Of a stretch of 64,000 bases of DNA, positions 1-19,500 are shown piece by piece. A program made the translations under genes and the position numbers. The stretch's first letter is position 1; each line of letters begins with the position of its first letter. The notes under the pieces were generated by a model. That model searched no databases. It was not told the origin of the DNA and saw only the letters and a program-made list of their open reading frames with translations. The stretch is from the human T2T-CHM13v2.0 reference genome, Homo sapiens. The stretch lies in NCBI RefSeq assembly GCF_009914755.1, contig NC_060941.1; one strand, 5' to 3'.

Positions 1-1431
1 CTTATACCAAGTCTTGGAATGTGGGTTTTCGTATAAGCAGCTCTCTTCTTTACAACAGCTTTGCTGTTTTTGAGGTCAGAACAGGAGCCCTCTTTCTCAA
101 TGACGATTAAAATAAAACTTCAGGGCAAAGTTTTTGAATCTTAGCAACACATGGAAACATATGTCCTGTTGCCAAAAAAATTTTAATTGCCTAATCCAAA
201 CCAGAATATTTAGATCAACCTGTATACTATATATTATCTCTGATATACTATATCTCTAGTCCTCAGCATTATTCTTCATAAAACCAAATACCCACTTATT
301 TGCTGAGTGGCCAGATCTAAGAGGAAGCTTTTCTGCCTTTACAGGGATGGCCTTTTGAATAATTGAGCAGACGAAGCATTGGAATATGAAATATTTGTAA
401 ATCACTGGTCAGCTCTAGTCAACCTCTTGGTGCTTTTGTTTCCTCTGGTCCCAGATGTGTCTCCTGGCTCTGGAAAGGGAGAGGCCAGTAGTAGGATCAG
501 AAAAGGGAGCAACCAACCAGAAAACACCTAAGTTATGAGGTTTGTGCTTTTCCTGACTTAGAGAAAGTCCATATCTCAGGAGATAAACAGTTCTGGCTGC
601 AGCTCTCTGGAGTAATCCCCTGAAATGGTGCCAGAGGGAGCATGTAGGGTAGCCAAGATTCTGACTCCTTGAACCATGGTCTAGCAAAGCCCTCAGATCC
701 TGCATGAGAGCGCTTCCTATTTGTAAAATACCCTTGGGATCTCTCCAGTGAGGCTTGGGGGCCAGATCAGCCCCATTCCTAGCTGAGACTTGCAGAGCTC
801 CTCTGAGAGATTGGAACTTCGCATTCCTTGAGATGGACATTCACATTCTCTACCTGCTCAGCCCTCAGCGAGCCAGCCCCACTGCCTCTGCCGCCCTTCT
901 CACACACACAAGCCTGCTGCCGCAGTTGCCAGAGCATTCGGTCAAAGCAGGGCGCCACAACCACAGAGCAAATGAGGGAAGTGGGGCCGAGACACAAACA
1001 TCCTGTCCTCATGACATCAAATGGCTCCAGCTTGAGAATCGGGGTCACTGCCCAGTGACATACACAAACGTCTCATCCCTCTAGCCACTGCCAGTAAGAG
1101 GGCATTTTCTCCTGAGTCCATGGATTGAAAAAGTGCTATCCTTTGGCTTGTGATGTCAGTGACAGGTGACAGTGACTGGAACGCGCCGCTGCTGACCGGA
1201 TGAGTAGGGATATGTTGAGCAGAGGCCAGGCAGGAGTTCTGCTGAGGATGAAGTGAGTGCAGGCTCGCAGGACGTTCCTTCTCTTTCAAGGCACCAATTT
1301 AAGAGAGAGGGACTGAATGAGGAGCACAGAGCTGGAGCTCCCTCTGTTCAGTCCGCCCCATCTTTCCAGGACTCCCCCTTGCCCAGCTCTGTTTTTCTTT
1401 GCAGGACTTGGGGGTTCTCAGGCCAGGTCTC

Positions 1432-5835
<4,404 letters not shown>

Positions 5836-7634
5836 GGCGAAGCTGGAGAGCCCCGGCGGGCAGCGGGCGGCGGGGCCGTCTACTCGGCGAGCTCCGCGCT
5901 TTGCCCGCGGCTCCGCCCGCCGGCGGCGGCTGCCCAGGGCCCTCCCGCGCGGGCGCGCTCTGGATTGGCCGTGGCCGGGCAGAGGCAGCCAGTTCGGGCC
6001 CGGCTGCCCTCGCCCGCCCCCCACCCCCGCCCCGGCCCTTTGTACAGCAATTGCAACAAGTGGGAGCAGAGGGTGAGAGGAGCCGGGGCCACCAGGGAGG
6101 GAGGGCGCGCCGGCAGCCGGAAGGGAGTGGGGAGGGCACGAGCCGGGGAGAGCGGTGTTGGCCATGGAGACGTGGGGAGACTGGAGGCCGAGGCTTGGGG
6201 ACCCGACTGTCATCAGGGTCTTCCGCCAGACCCTGGGCGCTGCGCCCTCAGAGGCCGATGAAAAGAAGCAGAAGGGAGAGGTGAGTAAGTCGCAGCTCCG
6301 GGCGCCGGCTCCCGGGACCCCGTGGGGCGGCGGCCGCGCGCGCGCTCTGCCCTCGGGCGGCCCTGCTCTCCCCCGCCCGGCCCCGCAACCCCGCAATAAC
6401 TTGGCTGGGCGGGGTCCGGCACTGGGCTAGAGAGGTCGAGCGCGGCGTCTTGAGCCGCTGGCGGGAGGCTGCTGCTTCCCCGCCTGCATCAGTGCGGGTC
6501 CCGTGGACTCCTCGCCCCCGTCCCCGCGAGCTCGGGGCTCCACATCAAGGAAATCCTCAGCCCGGGAGTGGCTTCCCCAGAAACAGCAGCCCCAAGCCTC
6601 CGAGAGTCAGTCGGAGAAAAGGACACACTCAGGCGCCCTGCGACAGGGATGCCCGTCCGACCTACAAGGAACGCCTCGTAAACCGGGGTGCATGGGAGAC
6701 CACGGAAATAACACGTTCTCGCTGTTTCCAAGCTTTGGGATAGGCATCTCGACCCTCGCTCTCTACCCACGTTTCCCCCCCAAATCCTGGAGAGGGAACC
6801 AGAACCAGCGCCCCGCTGCGGGGCGGGCCGGCCAGCGCACCTCCTGGGGGTGAGGCCTGTGGCGTCCCCATCTCGCGGCGACCAATCTCTTTCTAGACGC
6901 GCGCCTGCCACCGCTGGGCGACGGCGGAGGTGGGGAAGACAGCAGCCTCTCGGCTAGCTCCGGCCTCCCGGGGCTTCTGGGTTTGGAGAGTTTGGGGAGC
7001 GGAGACACCTCCCGAGGCTCCTCCGCGTTGGACCCTATTTGCGAGGGCGGGAGCGGGGTGGGCCGACGGCGAAGCTCCAGAGGTGGGACCCTCTCCCTTC
7101 AGCAGCTCTTCCTGACTTCATGATTCTGCCCCTCTTCTCATTGCAGGTCACACCGACAAATCTGAAGCGGGTTTGCCAGGGGAGTGTACCCGTCTCCCCA
7201 GCCTGGGCCACCCGGTCCACAGGGATTCCATTTCCGGCCTTACACTCCGCTCCACGATCTCATCCAGGCGCTGCAGCTGTGCAGCTGCTCTACAGACTGC
7301 AGGGACCTGCTGAGACGAATCCCCGGACGAGGAAAGGGGCCCCCCGCCTGCCCTACTGAGCCTTGCGCGCTGACCCGGCTCCTACACTTAACTTTTCCGG
7401 CTTCGGGTTTAAGACGCGTGCGCGCACACTCCGCTGCTGTGGGCGGGCATTGGGGCGGGGCGATACCGGGGGCCCACTGTCTGGGGAGGGGCGCGCGCGA
7501 GCCCAGGGCCAACGGACGCGCGGGCGGCGCGGGGGCGCGGGGGCGCGGGGGCGCTGGGGCTGGAGGGGCGGGGCGCGCGCGCTCCCTCGCTGGCGGAGCG
7601 GCTGGGCGGCGGGCCGGGCCCGGGGCCGCTTGGA

Positions 7635-11800
<4,166 letters not shown>

Positions 11801-12013
11801 CGGCCTGGGACCTGCCACTGTGGCGTGCGGCTCCTCCCCGCGCCGCGAGGCCGCGACCTCTGCCACGTGGACCGCGCGCGGGGCGCTCCCTGGTGGCGAT
11901 GGCGCGGCACTGGCCGAGCACTGCGGGGGCTTTCCTCCTTGTTGGTTGCTGAGTGGGCGGCCAAGGGGAGAAAAGGAGCCGCTTCTGCCTCCCTTGCCAA
12001 AACTCCGTTTCTA

Positions 12014-12019
12014 ATTAAA
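12014..12019 (+). terminator. TP53I13 poly(A) signal ATTAAA
   Basis: ATTAAA 213 nt after the stop codon, followed by T-rich sequence. Confidence 0.65.
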
Positions 12020-12363
12020 TTATTTTTAGTAGACTCTGGAGTTGAGCTTGTGCATCTGCCGCACAGAGACTCCCACCCGGACCCTCGTCCTAGGCCATGG
12101 AGGTGGTGTTTGAGGCAGCCCGCCCCCGCTGGCCAACCTGTCCCTGGACATGGGGCTTTAGGAATGTGCTCGTGGGAGGGTGGCGTTATCGTCATACATG
12201 TTAGCTTTGTTATTCGCAAACTAACTCTTCCACTAGACAGACGTTCCCAGCACAGGGGCTTCCCTAGGGCGGGGGTCCTGGGGCACTTGCAGTCACCCTT
12301 CATGTCTGCCACCTCCCTCCAGCCCCCATTCTCTAAGCATCAGAAACAGCTCATGGTCACTTC

Positions 12364-12369
12364 TTTATT
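12364..12369 (-). terminator. GIT1 poly(A) signal AATAAA
   Basis: Minus strand TCATGTACATTTGTATCAAAAATAAAG, with two UGUA (CFIm-type) elements just upstream of AATAAA. Confidence 0.8.
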
Positions 12370-13578
12370 TTTGATACAAATGTACATGACACGTCTTGAC
12401 AGCCCACCCACCACCACACAGGTAGGGCCTGGCCCCCAGGGAAGAAGCGGGATGGGGAGAGAGCTGGTGGGTCCCACCGTCTGCCTCTCCAGCCTTCCCA
12501 GGCTGCAGCCAGGTTCCCAGGCCTCCAGAGGGTGGGACCACAGCAGGTGCAGGTAGTGATGGTGGGTGCTGGCCTTGCAGAGGTTACGGGGAGGGGACTC
12601 AGCTCCACAGCCACCAGCTGAGTCGGGGACCCCGGGGAGCCAGCCCCAGGCTCAGGTGCTCAGTCCTCCACCCTAGCCAGCACACATTCCCCCTCCACGC
12701 AGGAGCAGGAGGAGATGGAGGGAAGTGGTTTTTGATTTAAGTTCATAGAGAAGGGGCGAGAGTGGGGAGGGATCAGGGAGGCAGCTGGCAGGACCAAAAC
12801 TGGCTACCCGGACAGTCCCTGGCTCCAGGTGGGGAAGGGAAGCTGATCCCCATGCTGGTCCCACTGCTCTGGTCCCCTCACCCCTCAAAACTCCAGATGG
12901 ACCAGGCCTCCGGAACGGCACTGCCGCCCACACACTCAACACGCAGGCACGCGGGGGCACTCAGTTACCACAAAGTTAAAATTAAGGGGTGGGGAAGAAG
13001 AAAGAAAAAAAAAAAACAGACTTTCCAGTGTTTGCTGCTGGGGACCCCAGCACACAGGTTGGGGCCTGTGCCCTAGGCAGGGGCCATATGGCATTAAAGG
13101 GAGAGCAGCAAGGGGCTGGTGGCTACAGGGCAGGGACATCCATGGAGACTATGTACAAAGGAGGGGATGCCCCCGCTCAGCCCCCAGTAGGGCTGAACTG
13201 GCTCATGGGGGTGGGGCGCATGTACGGAGAGCTGCCCCACTTGGAGTGTCCCCACCTGCCCCTTTGCTGAGGGTGCCCTAGAAGGCGAGGGGCTGGGAGT
13301 GATGCCTTGCAGGCCCCTGCTCACTAGGAGGGGGGAGATGCTATATACAGAGGGGAGGTGCATGGAATGTGGGGGACAGAAGCTCCTGCCCCCCCAACCT
13401 CCCCATCCTTAGGGGCTCGACAGGGGTGGGCACCAGGGCACCTGGCTGCCAGGGAGTGTGGCAGCACTAAGGGCACTTGTGCCAGTGGCTCTGTTGGGGT
13501 GGGGATTAATGTCTGGAGTGGCCCAGCTCCTATGGCCAGTGAGGTCCTAGGGTGCAGGTGAGGGTGTGGGGAGAGAGG

Positions 13579-16500
13579 TCACTGCTTCTTCTCTCGGGTG
13601 GTGATGGTGACCAGCTGCTTGGCAGCCTTGGCGATGTCATAGGCGCACTGGATCACCTGCTGAGTCAGCAGCTGGAAGTCCACTGGGGCGCCGGGCTCTG
13701 GGGGCACTGTCTTCCGGCACTCACTCTGCAGCCGGTAGGCGCTGGCGTTGAGCAGCCGCAGTGAGCTCCGCACTGGCTCCAGGGCTGGCCTCTGGAGGGG
13801 GCAGGAGTGAGGCTGGACCTTGGACTTTAAGCCGCCAGCTGAGATCAGGGCCCAGTTTGTCTGTGTCTCCACCCAGGTAGCGATCAGATGGGATTCTCCA
13901 CGCCTGCCCCAGCTCGAGGCCCTCCCACTCCTGGTCCTCTCTTTGGCCCCTGTACCTTTGGGAAGAGGGAGGCCATCTCGGTCACAGCCAAATGGATCTT
14001 CTCTGAGCAGGGCACGAAGCTGCGGGGAGAAGGGAGGCTATAAAGCAGGGGGCTCTCAAGGGAGGTTCCCAGGGACAGCAGAACCCAGGGCCCCTCATGC
14101 TCTCTGCAACACCCTAGAAGCCAACAGGAACTGCATCCCCCTCACCTCCCCCTCCACTCAGTACCTGTCATGCTTGAACTCCTGGGCTGCCCGCAACAGT
14201 TCCTGAATGTTCTTGGTGACCTGCTCTGTCTTCAAGATGACATCCTCTGTGCTGGGAAGCCCAGGATCTAGGTCTCCATCCAGGCTTTCCAGCTCTGGGT
14301 GGAAGTCTTCCTCTTTGCCCAGCTCTAGAAACCTCTTCCCTTCCAGCCTGAGGCCCAGGTCCAGAAAACAGAGACAAAGATACATATAGAGAAAGACACG
14401 TTCCAGCCTCGGAGCCGCCCGCCTTGGTCCTCACACACTGGGGGCCCTCTCAACCTCCCCGCCTCGGCATGTGAGCAGGCTGGACTGGAGACCCAGGGAG
14501 CCTCACCCCAGCAGTGGGTCCCCACTTTGCGTGTTCTCATAGTCACTGTCGGCTCCACTGCCGTGGCGGGAAAGCTTGCTCTGGAGGGCGGAGGGAAGGG
14601 GCTGTGAGCGCCGTGTTCCTGGACCCACACTGCCCCTAGCCCACACGGCCCCCAGCCACCCTGTGGGCACTGGGCATGGAAACATTACCGTGTGGCGGCT
14701 TCCCTCCTGGGAGCAGGACAGCAGCGGGGAGGAGGGAGTGAAGGGCACAGCTGAGGCAGACACCCCTTTCCGGATCTGAAACCCAGGGCAGCGCTGGATG
14801 GAGTCAGTGTGCCCCACTGCCCCCCTGCTCACCAGCAGTGCAGCAGGGACCAGGTCAGTCTAATCATCTTAAGCCCCGAATTCAGCACAGAGCCCAGAAC
14901 CCCCTGGGGCTCAGAACCTACTGGCTAAGATGGACACGCCTTCCCCAGGCTTACCCGGTAAAGGCCAGCAGGGACGTGCACTGAATAGATGGCGTCGTCC
15001 TCTAGCTCCTGGGGATGTTAGCACAGCGAGCGTCATGGTGGACCCTGCGGCAGCCCCACCCATCTCCCCACACCTTGAGACCCATAGGTGACTCACAGTG
15101 CTGTGGAAAGGCTGCAGCCGCGTAGTGAGCTCGTCCCCAGGGGGGCCCCCAAAGGGCTTCAGGGCAGAGCCAGGTTCATACATGGAAAAGGCCTGGCGAT
15201 CCCTGCGGTGTGTGCTCCCGCCTGGCGCCATGGGTGTGTGTTCCGCCCGTTCACTGGGGAGTGGAGGTGTGGGCACCGGCCCTGGAGGCTGCCGGAGCTG
15301 CAGGTTCTCCGCCTGCAGCTTGTGGATCTATGGGTGCAAAGTGCTGTCAACCCCCTGGAGTCCTGGGGCTCCCCCTCCCACCGAGGCTGCACCCTCACCT
15401 CTCGCTGCAGCCTCCGGAGCTCGTCGCTCAGGCTACTGTTGACCTTCATGAGCTGCTGCACCTTTGCCTCCGATGTAGCCAGGGCCTTCTTCAGCTCCAG
15501 GTACTCCTGCAGCGTCACAGCCCCGTCAGACAAGTCCGAGGAGTCCATGCTCTGCAGAGAGAGACCTAAGCTGGTCAGCACCTGGGGGCAGGGAGGCCAA
15601 CACCCGCAGGGGGCAGTTATTGAGGCTAGGAGCAGCCCACCTGTCCCTCAGGCCCCTGGGCTACAAGAGGACAGAGCTGGGCCTCAGCGAAGGCCTGGGT
15701 CAGGGCACAGGGGAGTGGGAAGGAGGGTGGGACTCAGACCCGGGCCCGGTTGCTCCGAGTGGCGCCGGTGCTGCGCAGGGGCTCCTGGTCTGTGTCCTCG
15801 TCAGAGGCCACGCTGTCGTAGTCGTGTTGGTCGTCGAGGTCACTCTGGCTCCGCAGAGACAGCTCGAGGTTGTCTGAGGACACAGGAGTGTCACTCAGGC
15901 CACACTCCACCACACAACCCATCTCTCAGGTCACCACTGGCAGGGAGAGCCATGCAGGAAAGACCCCTGGAGCCCCGCCTGCTTCCCACACCCTCCCACA
16001 CAACCCTCCCACCTGTGGGGCTGCTCAGGCTCTTGCCCTGCTGTCTCCGCTTGGCCTCACTGAGAATGTCGATGATCAAGGTGGCAAACTCTCGGGCATT
16101 AAAGCGGGCCAGCTTTTGTCGCCCCTGCAAGGCAGAAAGGGCCAGGCTGGCTTCAGGGGACCCCTTATGACTGACGCAGGGCGGCAGGGACCAAGTAGCA
16201 AGGCATGGCTCTGCCATTTAATTTAACCCCAGCTAAAGCGTCCCAGCCTAGCTTCACCTGGCTAGTCAGCAGCCAAGGCCACCCGTGGCAGGGTATGATA
16301 GAGTAGGGTGCCTGAGCAGAGGCCGGAACACCCACCGGAGCTGCTCCCCAAGTGCTCAAAACAACAGCCTCCTGACCTTCCCAAATCCCAGTGCCAGCTG
16401 TGCCCTGAGGGAGGCCCTGGCAAATGCTGGAGAGCTGGCTCAGGCCCCAGCCCACTGCCGGATGAGGAGGGACCGCGGGGATGAAGTAGACCACCCCAGG

Positions 16501-19500
16501 CCCCCAATCCAGCCCCCTCACCTGATTCCGCGTGGCTGAGTATTCCGGGTTAACAGGCAGGAAGGGCACGGCACTGCGCTCTGTCACCAGAGTGCTGTGG
16601 TTTTGGGTAGCCAGCCACACTGTAGGGGACGGACAGGAGCAGATCAGCCACGGTGGCCAGGCCCCCAAGGTGGGGGTGGGGAAGCACTGAGCCCAGCCTT
16701 CCTAGCTGCCCCCACGCCTACTGAGCACTGGTGTTCAGAACAGGGGTGGTCTTTGGGCACGCAGAGCTAGGCCGGGCCAGGGCAAGGCTGGGCGTGGCCG
16801 GCTGGGGACAGACAAATGGAACAAGGCCAGTGCCACTCATCCAGACCCAGAGTTTGGGCTGGAATCCGGCTGTGGCCAGGAAGGAGTGATGCAGGGGGGT
16901 GGAGCGGTACCAGGGAGACAGCCAAAGTGGGAGGCTGCCAGAGCAAGAGGAGCCCCAGTCTGAGGCTGGGGGAGGAGCACGCTAGCCGCCTCCCCCTCAG
17001 CACTCTACCCAGCCTGGGATGCTGCCCAGGCAGGCTCACAGCCAGCAGGGGCTCATCTGCAGGCCTCTGAGCAGCCCCAACCCCAGGCACCCCTTCTTAG
17101 CCCAGTAAAGGACCAGAGACCCATGCCTGGGCCGCTCGGGTCCTCCACGCCAGACACTCCTGCTCCCTGACTCACCTGCATCATTTTCTCTTCGATCCAC
17201 CTCGTCATACACGTCCATGGCGAGTTCCTCAAAAAGCCGGTTGCTGAGCTGGAGGAAGAGAGGGGCCCAGATGTTGTCAGATGCATCGGCTCCCAGTGCC
17301 AAGGCCAGCTCCCCAGCATGTTGTGAGCCTTGGGGAACCGGTGGCCTTCCTTGTGCTGCCCAGCCCCTACAGTCTCAGAATGGGAAAGTGGAAAGGGATC
17401 ATGTTCCAAACTCCAAGGTGGGAGAGAAGGGACCAGTCCATCCCCTTGTAGGGAGGTCAGGGAGAGGGGACTGCTGAGGCCAGTGAGGGGACAGGTCAAA
17501 GACTTGGAAAAGGTCATCGAGTCAGAGGCAGGGGAAGCAAGAGCAGAGGGTGGGGGATCAGAGAGGGGCCAGCTTCAAGTGTCAGGGCACTGTTGGAGCA
17601 GACTTACCGCCTGCAGCTTCTTCTTAGCAGCTTTGGCCAATTCGGATAAGTCAAGGCTGAGGGCAGAGGGAGATGGGAATTGGGAGGAGAGGAGAGACCT
17701 GAGAGGTGGCCAGGCCCATGCCAGCAACCTCCCCAACATGCAGGGATCCCGGGGAGATGGCACCCCAGATGCTGCACACCAAATGCCTCCCCGCCCTACC
17801 CCACCTTCAGGCCTGCTGCCCCGGCAGGCACCATATACCTCTGAGACATGCACTTTTGCCGAGATCTAAGTCCAGAGGAAGGCAGCAGAGGGAAGAACAG
17901 GACAGAGGCGGCAGTTACCCAGGAGCAGGGCAGCACACGCCTTTTCACATCAGGCCCAGACCCATCTCCACGCACACCCGGCCCAGAAGGGACAAAGCTG
18001 AATTCATCTCACCGCGTCCCCCACCCCTCCTCCTCTGGCTTGCTCTTCCTCTCAGTGACCTGTTTGTCCACCACCAGTGTCAGCCACCTGGCAGTCACCT
18101 GAAGCCTCCCTCACCCTCCAGTCCTAGTGAAGCTCCCCAGGTTCCTCAATCACCTGTTGCCTGGGCTTTGTAAGTTTCTTAATCTCCCTCCTTCTAGTTT
18201 TGTCCCTACAATCCTGTTCCACCCAGCAGCCAGGGTGATTTTTTGGATACACCTGGCTGCACTACCCCTTGCCTTAAGGCACTGCAGTGATAACAGGTGC
18301 ATATGGCACACTCCAAACATACTTCATCAGAATACCCTAGGGACGGGCACAGTGGCTCACACCTGTAATCCTAGCACTTTGGGAGGCCAAGGTGGGAGGT
18401 TCGCTTGAGGCCAGGAGGTGGAGACCAGCCTGGGCAACACAGAGATACAAAAGCAATTTAAAAATTAGCTGAGCACGGTGGCATGTGCCTGTAGTCCCAG
18501 CTACTCAAGAGGCTATGGTAGGAGGATCGTTTGAGGCTGTGGTAAGCTATGATCAAGCCACCGCACTCCAGCCTGGGCAACAGAGCGAGACCCCAACTCT
18601 TAAAAAAAAAAAAAGGCTAAACATTTTGCATACATTCTTATCTAATCCTCTCCTCCCTGAAAAATAGATGCTGTCATCTCCATTTCCAGGAGAGATAACC
18701 AAGGCTCAGAGAGGTCAAGCAGCCTGCAAGTCACACAGCCAGTAAGCAGCAGAGATGACTTCACACTTCTGTGCCTGGAACTCTCCGCTCTCGGGATGGT
18801 CACTGCTCCTGCTGATGCTCTCGGGGCTGCTCATTCTCCAGCTCGTCTCTATCCCAGTCTTGCTTGTAGGGTTCCCTGCCTCCCATGCTGTGCTCCAGCC
18901 CGGGGGCTGCCTCCATTCCCATGCAGCATTTCTACCCTCCATGCCTCTGCCTCTCTTGCTGCACTCCCCCATGAGGACTAGAATCACCTGGCTAGGCTGC
19001 CTCCCCAGCTAGATTGTGAGCTCCTTAAGGGCAGGGATTGTGTCTCAGCTGCCTCTGTGCTCCCAGTGCCAAGAGCAGTAGCTGGCTCCGGGAAGGTGCT
19101 CAGTTAATGTGCTGTTGAATGGAGCCCATATTTGGGTGTATTTACCATACACATGCACGCATGCACACACAGCCCAGGTAGAATCAGACCATAGAAGTAG
19201 GAGCCTTGGGGTCTGGAAGAGGTCTGGGTTTAGGATCTGAGTCGCCCAGGCCTGGTTATGCCCATCTGCCCACACAGGCCCTTGGGGAGGAGAGCACCTC
19301 CTCTCTCCAGATCCAGGCCAGCAGGCACAGCCTGGCATGAGGACGTGGCCATCAGAGGTGGCCACCAGGTGGCACCAGCATCCATCTTATGTGCTGGGTG
19401 AGTGGCAGGGGGTGTCCCACACTGCCTCTCAGACGGAAGCAGAAACACCTCATTCAACCAGCCTCAGCGCACGTGCCTAATTCTGAGCACGCTAGAGGCC

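Noticed and set aside
1-1431. Antisense lncRNA exons or an ABHD15 poly(A) site in the 3'UTR region
   Set aside because: A minus-strand ATTAAA at about 182-187 exists, but there is no independent support. The UTR may run beyond the window, and lncRNA exons cannot be defined from sequence alone.
15088-16170. 360-aa plus-strand ORF antisense to GIT1
   Set aside because: Shadow ORF over GC-rich exons and short introns, with a non-ATG start and no domain-like content.
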